A stretch of DNA of 64,000 bases from Candidatus Sulfotelmatobacter sp. (GTDB lineage Bacteria; Acidobacteriota; Terriglobia; Terriglobales; Acidobacteriaceae). The stretch lies in NCBI GenBank assembly GCA_049519055.1, contig JBEKRE010000007.1, positions 21,339-85,338 on the forward strand. The letters are read 5' to 3'. Positions 45,176 through 53,646 of this stretch are shown here, piece after piece. Position 1 is the first letter of the stretch; each line of letters starts with the position of its first letter. A program made the position numbers and the translations under genes. The notes below the pieces were generated by a model. The model searched no databases and was not told where the DNA came from. It saw nothing but the letters and a program-made list of their open reading frames with translations.

Positions 45176-46251
45176 GTAGTCCGTTCAAAATCGCAGCACC
45201 GTCCGCTTCCTCTTCCGCCCGCGGGCAGCTTTATCGGGCGGCCATCGTAGGTGCGGCCACGCTCAAGGGCAAGGAAGTTGCCGAGATGCTCAGCGAACGC
45301 AATTTTCCTGCCCTGGATGTACGCCTTCTTGATGACGACGAGTCCATCGGACAGCTGGAAGCCACGGGCGACGAAATCAACTTCATCCAGAGTGTGCGCG
45401 CTGAGCAGTTCACCAAAATGGATTTCACCTTCTTTGCCGCCGATGCGGAATGCACTCGCCAGAACTGGGAGCGCGCCCGCGATGCCGGCAGCGCCATTGT
45501 CGATCTTTCCGGTGCATTGGAAGAGGAACCGGGCGCCACGGTCCGGTCTCTCTGGGTGGAGCGCGAGCGCGGACAGACATGGCAGCCGGACCTGCAGCCC
45601 GCTCCGTGCGTTGTAGCCCATCCCGCGGCTGTTGCTCTCGCGCTGCTGCTGCTGCGCGCGAGCAAGGCCGGTGCGATTCGCAGCGCGGTGGCCACGATTT
45701 TCGAGCCAGCCTCCGAACAAGGGCAAAAAGGTATGGACGAATTGCACCAGCAAACCGTCAATCTGTTGTCGTTTCAGACTCTGCCCAAGGACGTGTTCGA
45801 TACGCAGGTGGCATTCAACATGGTTGCGCGCTACGGCCCAAACTCCAAGCTGTCGCTGGATTCCCTGGAAGCCCGCGTGCGACGCCATTATCAGAAGCTT
45901 GCCGGAATGGCCGCGCCTCAGCCGGCGCTGTTGGCCGTTCAGCCTCCAGTTTTTCACGGCAATGGACTCGCCCTCTTCTTGGAGATGGCGCAAGCCGTAG
46001 ATCAGGAGAAAATCTCGCAAGCTCTTTGTGGCGACCATGTAACCGTCGCCGGAGCCGAAGAGGATTCGCAGCCGAGCAACGTAAACACGGCGGGTCAGGC
46101 GAACATCCTGGTTTCGCCGAAGGCGGAGGCTTCGCGGCCCAATGGAATCTGGCTATGGGCGGCTGCGGATAACCTTCGGGTCGCGGCCATAACCGCCGTG
46201 GAATGCGCCGAGAGCATGATTGCTACGCGTCCGGTGGGAAAAATCCAATGA
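45172..46251 (+). CDS. aspartate-semialdehyde dehydrogenase-family protein, apparently non-catalytic
   Basis: It has the Asd fold: 'AAIVGAATLKGKEVAEMLSERNFP' and 'LWAAADNLRVAAITAVECAE'. However, the 'NPNCST' Cys box reads 'AHPAAVA' and the 'GHS' His box reads 'HGNG'. The ATGA overlaps the pssA stop. Confidence 0.65.
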   Translation: MSSPFKIAAPSASSSARGQLYRAAIVGAATLKGKEVAEMLSERNFPALDVRLLDDDESIGQLEATGDEINFIQSVRAEQFTKMDFTFFAADAECTRQNWERARDAGSAIVDLSGALEEEPGATVRSLWVERERGQTWQPDLQPAPCVVAHPAAVALALLLLRASKAGAIRSAVATIFEPASEQGQKGMDELHQQTVNLLSFQTLPKDVFDTQVAFNMVARYGPNSKLSLDSLEARVRRHYQKLAGMAAPQPALLAVQPPVFHGNGLALFLEMAQAVDQEKISQALCGDHVTVAGAEEDSQPSNVNTAGQANILVSPKAEASRPNGIWLWAAADNLRVAAITAVECAESMIATRPVGKIQ

Positions 46252-46766
46252 GGTGGCGGCCCGCCGCACTGCTGGTGTTGCTCGCTGGAGCGACCAGTTG
46301 CGGATACCACACAGCCGGCCACACCGCTCAGCTTCCGGAAAATGTTAAGACGATTGCCATACCCGCCTTCGTTAACGTGACCACCACCTATCGCATTGAA
46401 CAGATGCTGACTGCTTCTGTGGTGCGCGAATTTACGACTCGCACTCACTATCACATCCTGAACGACCCGAGCGAAACTGCCGACGCAACCCTGCGCGGCA
46501 CTGTGCTCTCCACCTCCTCGACTCCGCTAACGTACAATTCCGCAACCGGCCAGGCCGCCAGCGTGTTGGTGGTGGTGAGCATGAGAGTTTCGCTCACCGA
46601 TCGGCAGGGCAAGGTGCTCTATCAGAATCCTTCCTATTTATTTCGCGAGCAATATGAAGTTTCCCAGGATCTGGCCAGCTTCTTCGAGGAAGACTCGCCC
46701 GCCTTTCGCCGGCTCTCCCAGGACTTCGCACGAACCCTGGTCTCTAACATCCTGGAGGGCTTCTAG
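46248..46766 (+). CDS. lptE: LPS-assembly lipoprotein LptE
   Basis: It has the lipobox 'LLAGATSCGYH', similar to the E. coli LptE N-terminus, and its ~170-aa length fits. The lptE-holA synteny is conserved. The ATGA overlaps the upstream stop. Confidence 0.7.
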   Translation: MRWRPAALLVLLAGATSCGYHTAGHTAQLPENVKTIAIPAFVNVTTTYRIEQMLTASVVREFTTRTHYHILNDPSETADATLRGTVLSTSSTPLTYNSATGQAASVLVVVSMRVSLTDRQGKVLYQNPSYLFREQYEVSQDLASFFEEDSPAFRRLSQDFARTLVSNILEGF

Positions 46767-46813
46767 ATGCTAGAGTTTGAAGCGAAGTTTGTGTCCCTTG
46801 CGGAGGAGCTCTA

Positions 46814-47938
46814 GTGCGGGCTTTCGCCCAGGCCGAGCGGTTCGTCAACGAGCTTGAGTCGCACAAGCTGCGTCCGGCCTACGTTTTTGTCGGCGACGAA
46901 GCCTTCTTCCGTAAGCGCTTCCGCGACGCGATCATCGAGCATCTGGTTCCCGCTGATCTGCGAGACTTCGGCCTGTTCGAATTCGATTTAGCCGAGAACG
47001 ATCTCGCCGAAGTGCTTGACCGTGCCCGTACGCCGTCCCTGATGGCGCCGTTCCAGGTGTTTTTCGTGCGCGGGGTAAAGACTCTTTTCGGTCGCGGCTC
47101 GAACGAGGAAAAGCTCGCCGCCATTGAAGACTATTGCAAGAACCCGAATCCCGATGCGCTCCTGGTCTTCGTCGCCGACCACATCAGCATTCCCGCCGAC
47201 CTTCGCCGCATGGAAATGCAGGACAAAGAGCGCTACCAGCGAATCCGCGAGACCATGGGCCGGTACTGCGGCATCGTTGAACTGGCCCGCGTGGAAGAAG
47301 GCGAAGCGGTGCGCTGGATCTCCGAGTTTTGCACCTCTCGCGCCGTGAAAATCGACGCCGACGGCGCCCGCGAATTGGTCGACGCACTAGGTGGCAACAT
47401 GATGATGATCTCCAATGAACTGGAGAAGCTCATGCTCTACGTCGGCCCCCGCAACCACATCAGCCTCGGCGACGTCGAAACCATGGTGCTCGCCGCCAAG
47501 CAGCGTTCGCTCTATGAGTTAACCGATGCCATTTCTTCCAAAGACCGCGTACGCGCCCTGGAGGTGCTGGACGCGATACTGTCTTCAGGCGATGGCGAAG
47601 AAGCCGCTATCGGTCACATCTACATGCTGGCCAAAACCTTCCGCCAGATGTTGGTGATTCTGGAACGCAACGTGCGGGACCAGCGTATGCTTTGGGCAGC
47701 CCTGTGGCAGGGCTTCCGCGTGCCTCCATTCGCTGCCGATGACATCATCAAGCAAGCCCACCGCTACAAATCCCGCCGTGATCTGACACGCGCGATTCGT
47801 CTCGTAGCCAAGGCCGATCTGGCTCTGCGCTCCAATCCCGTGAGCAAACGCATGGTGCTCGAACGGCTGGTAATGGATTTGACCACCGAGCCCAAGCTGG
47901 AATCGCCAGGCTGGATGCAAGACCAATTGCCGGTGTGA
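46814..47938 (+). CDS. holA: DNA polymerase III subunit delta
   Basis: Its length and position after lptE fit holA, as do blocks such as 'YVFVGDEAFF', 'PFQVFFVRG' and 'ELEKLMLY'. The GTG start follows a GGAGGAG Shine-Dalgarno sequence. Confidence 0.8.
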   Translation: MRAFAQAERFVNELESHKLRPAYVFVGDEAFFRKRFRDAIIEHLVPADLRDFGLFEFDLAENDLAEVLDRARTPSLMAPFQVFFVRGVKTLFGRGSNEEKLAAIEDYCKNPNPDALLVFVADHISIPADLRRMEMQDKERYQRIRETMGRYCGIVELARVEEGEAVRWISEFCTSRAVKIDADGARELVDALGGNMMMISNELEKLMLYVGPRNHISLGDVETMVLAAKQRSLYELTDAISSKDRVRALEVLDAILSSGDGEEAAIGHIYMLAKTFRQMLVILERNVRDQRMLWAALWQGFRVPPFAADDIIKQAHRYKSRRDLTRAIRLVAKADLALRSNPVSKRMVLERLVMDLTTEPKLESPGWMQDQLPV

Positions 47939-47944
47939 AGCAAT

Positions 47945-48509
47945 AAACATTCGAGCGCCTTCACCTTGAACGGTGCATTTGCCGCACTGCTGCGCTCTCT
48001 GCGATTCCATGTCTCGTTTGCTTTCGGCACGGGTCGCACGAAATGAAGGGGAAGGACCGGAGTTCAACCACTTATGCCTGCGAGCCGATTTGGAGCGAAC
48101 CATGGCTTGTGGACGTTGGCTTTGGGGAATCGTTCTGGAACCACTGAAGCTGCAGACCAGGGTTGACCACTCCGATCCAGTTGGCACTTTCCGAATCGGG
48201 CAAAGCGGCGATCGATTGCAACTTGAAAGGGTGGAGTTCGATGGCGACTGGAAGAGGCAGTACTCATTCACGCTGCAGGCTCACCGTCTGCATGAGTTCG
48301 CCGCAATGTGCCATCACCATCAGACCTCTCCCGAGTCGCATTTCACGACGAAGCAGATCTGCACTCGGGCCACAGGCGACAGCCGCATCACACTGTCTGA
48401 CATGAAACTGATCATCACCGGCAACAGAGGACGGACCGAAACTAGGCTTGCCTCCGAGAAAGAACGGAACCATGCTCTACGGGAGCACTTCGGAATCATG
48501 ACTGCTTGA
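47945..48509 (+). pseudogene. arylamine N-acetyltransferase (NAT) relic: 5'-truncated, catalytic Cys lost, at least 3 frameshifts
   Basis: NAT-like segments lie in different frames. 'AFTLNGAFAALLRSLRFHVS' starts near 47957, 'RLLSARVARNEG...HLCLRADLE' is in the 47973 frame, 'EPWLVDVGFGESF' spans 48097-48135, and 'LEPLKL...QYSFTL...TSPESHFT..ICTRAT..GRITL' returns to the 47973 frame. About 65 aa of N-terminus are missing, and the 'CFELN' position reads 'AFTLN'. Confidence 0.7.
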
Positions 48510-48569
48510 AACGGACAATGGCAGACCTTTTCCGCCTGCCGTTCCCAGCTAAGAGGTAAAAGCCAACAG

Positions 48570-48833
48570 CTACTTCAAGGCATTAACGCGAGCGCCGAGG
48601 CGCGACTTGTATCGCGCGGCGGTATTGCCGTGCAACGTCCCTTTCTGGATCGCCTTGTCGAGCGCGGAGACAGTTTGGCGGTAAGTCAGCTCAGCAGCCT
48701 GCTTATCGCCCTTCTCAATGGTCTCGCGCAAGGTGCGCAGAGCCGTGCGTAGGCGCGACGCGTTGGCCCGATTCGTGGCAGTGCGCTTTGTGGTTTGACG
48801 GGTGCGCTTCAGCGCCGAAAAATGATTAGCCAT
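48570..48833 (-). CDS. rpsT: 30S ribosomal protein S20
   Basis: '[14 protein letters not shown]...N' and the basic helical 87-aa protein are canonical bS20. Confidence 0.93.
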   Translation of the reverse strand: MANHFSALKRTRQTTKRTATNRANASRLRTALRTLRETIEKGDKQAAELTYRQTVSALDKAIQKGTLHGNTAARYKSRLGARVNALK

Positions 48834-49142
48834 GTTTGGTTCGTACCCTTTGTGTGTACAGCGAGATTATTCGGTGAGAGCCGAAAGCTTATTCTACGAG
48901 ACTAAGTCTCGGCTGGTCAAACGCTTGCGCTGCCATTGACTCCCATCCGGGCCCGGGGTACGCTTTAACCACATGGTAGTGACTTGCCCCCTGGGCATGA
49001 GCGTCCCGGCTAGTCCCGTCTCTGAGCATAATCCTGTTTTGTCTGCACATGATGGTGTGAGCATTGCAACGCGCGCGGCAATCCCAGCGGCTAACCCCCT
49101 CGTGGTCCATCCTGCCCGCACATGGTTCAAAAAAGAGACTGA

Positions 49143-50222
49143 ATGAAGAAAAGTATCGGGCTAACTCCCAACATCGAAACGCTCTTCGGCACCCGCGACG
49201 AGAATGTGCGTGTGCTGGAAGATGGGCTGAACGTTACCATCGACCTGCGATCAAACGCCATTGAACTGGAAGGCGCGGCACGAGACGTAGCCCGGGCCGA
49301 GCAAGTGTTTGCCGACTACGAGACCCTGCAGCGCTCGGGATACGCCTTCAACAACGGTGACCTCAACAGTATGCTGCGCGTCTTAGTCGCGGATCCTACC
49401 GCAACCCTGCGCGGACTAGCCGATGCTGGTCGCCAGCGCTCCCTCGGGCGCCGTATGGTGCAACCCAAGAGCGTCAATCAGCGCCGCTATGTCGAGGCCA
49501 TCGAAAAGCACGACATGGTCTTCGGAATCGGTCCCGCCGGCACAGGCAAGACTTATCTGGCCGTAGCCATGGCGATCTCTGCGCTGCTCGCCAAGCGGGT
49601 GAACCGCATCATTCTGGCGCGGCCGGCGGTAGAAGCAGGCGAGCGGCTGGGATTCCTGCCAGGCACGCTGCAGGACAAGATCGATCCCTATCTCCGCCCT
49701 CTCTATGACGCGCTCTATGACATGCTCGAGCCGGAGAAGGTGGACCGTTATCTGGAGAAAAATGTCATCGAGATCGCGCCGATCGCATTCATGCGCGGCC
49801 GTACGCTGAACGATTCCTTTGTGATTCTCGACGAGGCGCAAAACACCACCTCCGAGCAGATGAAGATGTTCGTGACCCGTCTCGGATTTAATTCCAAAGC
49901 CGTGATCACCGGAGACGTCACGCAGATCGACTTGCCCAACGCGCGCCGCAGCGGACTGCTCGAAGCGATCGACATATTGAATAAAGTGGAAGGCCTGACC
50001 TTCGTTCACTTCGACGAATCCGATGTCGTGCGGCATCACCTGGTGCAGCGCATCGTCCGGGCCTATGACGAGCACAGAACGCATGTCGCTGAGCAGCAGA
50101 TGCTGCTGTTGTCCGGCGGAAAAAGCGCCGAAGCCGCGGGCGGAGCATCCAGAAGTACCGAGGCTAAGATTTCGGAGGCCAAGGATCTGAATACCAGACC
50201 CCGTGAAGCCGCGGGAGAATAG
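49143..50222 (+). CDS. phoH: PhoH-family ATPase (YbeZ-like)
   Basis: It has Walker A 'GPAGTGKTYLAVA', 'RIILARPAVEAGERLGFLPG' and 'ILDEAQNTT'. The phoH-ybeY-corC synteny is conserved. Confidence 0.92.
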   Translation: MKKSIGLTPNIETLFGTRDENVRVLEDGLNVTIDLRSNAIELEGAARDVARAEQVFADYETLQRSGYAFNNGDLNSMLRVLVADPTATLRGLADAGRQRSLGRRMVQPKSVNQRRYVEAIEKHDMVFGIGPAGTGKTYLAVAMAISALLAKRVNRIILARPAVEAGERLGFLPGTLQDKIDPYLRPLYDALYDMLEPEKVDRYLEKNVIEIAPIAFMRGRTLNDSFVILDEAQNTTSEQMKMFVTRLGFNSKAVITGDVTQIDLPNARRSGLLEAIDILNKVEGLTFVHFDESDVVRHHLVQRIVRAYDEHRTHVAEQQMLLLSGGKSAEAAGGASRSTEAKISEAKDLNTRPREAAGE

Positions 50223-50227
50223 GATCC

Positions 50228-50752
50228 GTGCATCGAAAGTTGGTTATCCTTCGAAAAAAAATCACGGGGCTGAGCCCGTTGACCCTCGAACGTTTTGTCC
50301 TGCGTGCGAGGCGAGCCGTCCACTTACGCGACACCGTGAATGTGCTGGTGACAAACAGCCAGGAATTGCGCTCTCTCAACCGGCATTTCCGCGGGCAAGA
50401 CAAAGCCACGGACGTATTGTCGTTTCCATCCCCGCAGCTGGGACTGCGTCAAACAAAACAGATGGCCGGCGAGCTTGCGGTTTCCGCGGACATCGCGCGA
50501 GAGAATGCCGGCCGCATAGGCCACTCGGTGGCAGAAGAAATAAAAATTCTAGTACTGCACGGTATTCTCCATTTGGCCGGATTCGATCACGAGCAGGATA
50601 ATGGCAAAATGGCCCAGGAAGAGACACGATTACGACAGCGCCTGAACTTGGACGTGGGGCTGATCGAGAGGATGGAAACTCGTCCAAGTCAGCATTTGGA
50701 TCGCAAGTCGCTTCGTACGCACGCGTCCCGCGCACGGCGTGGAACCTTATGA
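50228..50752 (+). CDS. ybeY: rRNA maturation endoribonuclease YbeY
   Basis: It has 'TDVLSFP' and the zinc motif 'HGILHLAGFDHE'. Confidence 0.92.
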   Translation: MHRKLVILRKKITGLSPLTLERFVLRARRAVHLRDTVNVLVTNSQELRSLNRHFRGQDKATDVLSFPSPQLGLRQTKQMAGELAVSADIARENAGRIGHSVAEEIKILVLHGILHLAGFDHEQDNGKMAQEETRLRQRLNLDVGLIERMETRPSQHLDRKSLRTHASRARRGTL

Positions 50753-52011
50753 ATTGGGCAGTTGCACTTGCGCTTATCCCGCTGCTGGGGCTGTTGGCGC
50801 TGGCCTCCTACGTCGACCGTGTCTACCAGGAAATCGGGAAATTTCTTTCGCGCGAATTTCAGGACAACATCGACGTCTTCGAGCAGAAGGTAGAACCCTC
50901 TCTCGGCGTTAGCCGCGCGCGGGCGTCGCTCTCCATGGCTGTACTCAAGCAGTTGACCACCGCGACCATTTCCTTGCTGGTAGGCTTCGCGCTCTTTGGA
51001 GATTCCCGCTGGAGCGTGTACGAAATCCTGCAGGCCGCGATCAGCTTGGTTTTAATCATTATCGTGTTTAACCAGTTTTTGCCGTTCCTGTTTTTCTCGC
51101 GCACCAACGGCGCTTGGCTCATCCGATGGATATGGCTCCTGCGAATCCTTATCTACCTTGTGCTGCCGGTGACGATCGTCCTGGGTTTCTTGCAATCCGT
51201 GGTATCCCTCACCCGCGAAAATACACGCGAGGAGCCGGAGAGCGCCTCCGAGGCCGTGGATGCATTGATCGAAGCCGGCCAGGAAGAAGGCATTATTCAG
51301 GAAGGCGACCGCGACCTGATCCAGTCCGTGGTCGAATTCAGCGGCAAGACGGTGCGCGAAGCCATGAAGCCAAGGCCGGAGATGTTTGCCGTGCCAATGG
51401 AAACCACTGTCGAACGATTCATCGAAATGCTGCGCACCAAGCACTATTCCCGAGTTCCCGTATACGACCGAAGCATCCACAACATCAAAGGTATCGTCTA
51501 TGCCCAGGATGTGCTGCAAGTTCCGGATAGTGAGGCTTCCAAAACTCTCGAAACGCTCATGCGACGGGATGTCTATTTCGTACCCGAAAGCAAACTCGGC
51601 AGCGACCTTCTCCGCGAAATGCAAAAAAACAATATTCGTATGGCCATTGTGGTCGATGAATATGGTGGCGTGGCCGGCCTGGTCACCATCGAAGATCTGG
51701 TGGAAGAAATCGTGGGCGAGATACGGGACGAGCATGAGAAGCCAGAAATCGTCAAAGAGAATCCTGATTCGTACATCGTTTCGGGAGGCATGGACGTAGA
51801 CCGCCTCGCCGAACTTTTTGGCACGAAACCAGAAGGCAAGGAATCGGCAACGGTCGCAGGCCTGGTCAGCGAGCTAGCGGGCCACATTCCGCAGAAGGGC
51901 GAAACCGTGGATGACGACGGTCTGCGTTTCGAAGTTCTGGAGTCCACGGATCGCAAGGTAGAACGCGTCCGAATCACCACAGTTCAGCCTCGGCAGTTGA
52001 AACTGATATAA
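50749..52011 (+). CDS. hemolysin-family / CorC-type protein (DUF21 + CBS pair + CorC_HlyC)
   Basis: The N-terminal 4-TM DUF21 domain is followed by a CBS pair ('REAMKPR...', 'SRVPVY', 'MAIVVDEYGGVAGLVTIEDLVEEIVGEI') and a C-terminal transporter-associated domain. The ATGA overlaps the ybeY stop. Confidence 0.88.
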   Translation: MNWAVALALIPLLGLLALASYVDRVYQEIGKFLSREFQDNIDVFEQKVEPSLGVSRARASLSMAVLKQLTTATISLLVGFALFGDSRWSVYEILQAAISLVLIIIVFNQFLPFLFFSRTNGAWLIRWIWLLRILIYLVLPVTIVLGFLQSVVSLTRENTREEPESASEAVDALIEAGQEEGIIQEGDRDLIQSVVEFSGKTVREAMKPRPEMFAVPMETTVERFIEMLRTKHYSRVPVYDRSIHNIKGIVYAQDVLQVPDSEASKTLETLMRRDVYFVPESKLGSDLLREMQKNNIRMAIVVDEYGGVAGLVTIEDLVEEIVGEIRDEHEKPEIVKENPDSYIVSGGMDVDRLAELFGTKPEGKESATVAGLVSELAGHIPQKGETVDDDGLRFEVLESTDRKVERVRITTVQPRQLKLI

Positions 52012-52012
52012 C

Positions 52013-52035
52013 AGGTGTCAGGTCTTAGGTGTCAG
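52013..52035. repeat. direct repeat AGGTGTCAG x2 (14-nt period) in the corC-era spacer
   Basis: AGGTGTCAG occurs at 52013-52021 and 52027-52035. A CTAGG/CCTAG inverted repeat (52039-52055) and two AGACCTA copies (52060-52066, 52082-52088) follow, all within the 79-nt spacer. Confidence 0.5.
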
Positions 52036-52090
52036 CTGCTAGGCCAAAATCCTAGACCGAGACCTAAAGCCCCACGACCAAAGACCTATC

Positions 52091-53062
52091 ATGCCCTTCC
52101 GCTCCGGTTTCGTTTGCATTCTCGGCCGCCCCAACGCCGGCAAATCTACGCTGCTCAATGCGCTCGTCGGCGAGAAACTCGCTATCATCTCCCCGAAGCC
52201 GCAAACCACACGCAACCGAATTCAAGGCATCGTCAACCTGCCCAAAAGCAAGGGCCAGGGCGGCGCGCAAATTGTTCTAATCGACACACCCGGCGTGCAC
52301 AAGCCTGACAGTTCCTTGGGCCGCAAGATGATGGTCGAGGTGCGGGAAGCCCTTGAGGGTTGTGATCTCGTCCTCCTGATCATGGATGCAACCCGCAAAC
52401 TCGATCAGCGCGACGAATTCGCCATACAAATGTTGAAGCATTCGTCAACGAAAGTCAGCCTGGTTCTTAACAAGGTTGACCTGTTGCGGGGAGGAAAAAC
52501 CAAGCTGCTGCCGTTGATCGAGGAATATAAAAAGCTGCACCAATTCCACGAAATCATTCCAATTTCCGCATTGAAGCGTGATGGCCTCGAGATATTGTTG
52601 AAGCAAGTGACCGCGGCTTTGCCCGTCGGCCCGCCTCTATTTCCGGAAGATCAGGTCACCGATCAGCCGGCACGATTCATGGCTGGAGAGATTGTTCGTG
52701 AGCGCGTGTTGCTCGAAACCGAGGAAGAACTTCCCTATGCCACTACCGTAATTGTTGATAATTTCGAAGAAGGCGCGAAGTTGACGCGCATTTCCGCAAC
52801 CATCTACTGCGAACGCGAAGGCCAGAAGGGCATCCTGATCGGCAAGAAGGGCCAGATGTTGAAACGAATTGGCACTTCGGCACGACTGCAGATTGAGCGC
52901 ATGCTGGGCACCAAAGTTTTTCTCGAGCTTTACGTTAAGGTGCAGCCCAACTGGCGCGAATCGCGTGGCTTCGTGGAAGAACTCGACTGGAGAAGGCAGC
53001 TGGAACATCTGACCGGCGGAAGCGTCGAGCTGCCGAAAGCGTCCAAGAAGACATATGCGTGA
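52091..53062 (+). CDS. era: GTPase Era
   Basis: It has G1 'GRPNAGKSTLLN', G3 'DTPG', G4 'NKVD' and a C-terminal KH domain ('GQKGILIGKKGQMLKRIG'). Confidence 0.93.
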   Translation: MPFRSGFVCILGRPNAGKSTLLNALVGEKLAIISPKPQTTRNRIQGIVNLPKSKGQGGAQIVLIDTPGVHKPDSSLGRKMMVEVREALEGCDLVLLIMDATRKLDQRDEFAIQMLKHSSTKVSLVLNKVDLLRGGKTKLLPLIEEYKKLHQFHEIIPISALKRDGLEILLKQVTAALPVGPPLFPEDQVTDQPARFMAGEIVRERVLLETEEELPYATTVIVDNFEEGAKLTRISATIYCEREGQKGILIGKKGQMLKRIGTSARLQIERMLGTKVFLELYVKVQPNWRESRGFVEELDWRRQLEHLTGGSVELPKASKKTYA

Positions 53063-53165
53063 TATCCTGCTGATCGGAATTTGCATAGAGCGATTCGATC
53101 GGTAACCAAAGCGAGTCAAGAGCAGGACTTGAAATAGCGAACGAACCTAACGGGCCGAAAAAATA

Positions 53166-53627
53166 ATGTCATCGCCGGATTCTCCCGAACAACCTCTTCC
53201 CGAGAAAGATTTCGACCCCGATCAATTAACTTTGATTTTGCGCGTAACCCTTTCCGCCGACCGCAACGCCGTGGATCCCGTGGTACAGGAAGTGATGGCC
53301 GTGGTCCGCCAAATGAACGGCGTGGACGGCAAGGAAGACGCGATCGAGTTGGCTCTGCAAGAGGCGCTAGCCAACGCCGTGATTCATGGCGCAAAAGAAG
53401 ATCCCACGAAAGTGGTGGAATGTCTGGTGAGCAGCGACCAGGAACGCGGCATTCTGATCGTGGTCCGTGACCCGGGTGCAGGATTTACTCCCGAGGCAGT
53501 TCCGGGCTGCACGGTTGGAGAGAATGTCTATTCGAACCACGGCCGCGGGATTTTTCTCATCAACCAGCTCATGGACAAAGTCGAGTTCAGAAAGAACGGT
53601 ACTGAAATCCGCATGGTGAAGCGGTAG
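53166..53627 (+). CDS. HATPase_c-type anti-sigma-factor-like serine kinase (RsbW/SpoIIAB-like)
   Basis: It has the N-box 'LALQEALANAVIHG', G1 'VRDPGAGF' and G2-like 'GRGIFLINQLMD', and its size is ~150 aa. Confidence 0.7.
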   Translation: MSSPDSPEQPLPEKDFDPDQLTLILRVTLSADRNAVDPVVQEVMAVVRQMNGVDGKEDAIELALQEALANAVIHGAKEDPTKVVECLVSSDQERGILIVVRDPGAGFTPEAVPGCTVGENVYSNHGRGIFLINQLMDKVEFRKNGTEIRMVKR

Positions 53628-53646
53628 TCGCACTCCGCCCCCAGTC

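Noticed and set aside
48930-48970. The palindrome CCGGGCCCGG and a minus-strand 'CCCGGAUGGGAG' in the rpsT-phoH spacer briefly looked like the SRP RNA domain IV (CCGGAAGGAAGC).
   Set aside because: The loop would be GGAU, which is not a GNRA tetraloop. The flanks do not form the symmetric or asymmetric internal loops, nor a long closing helix. I could not fold the 309-nt spacer into any known RNA. A 15-nt palindrome, CGAGACTAAGTCTCG (48897-48911), is noted but unexplained.
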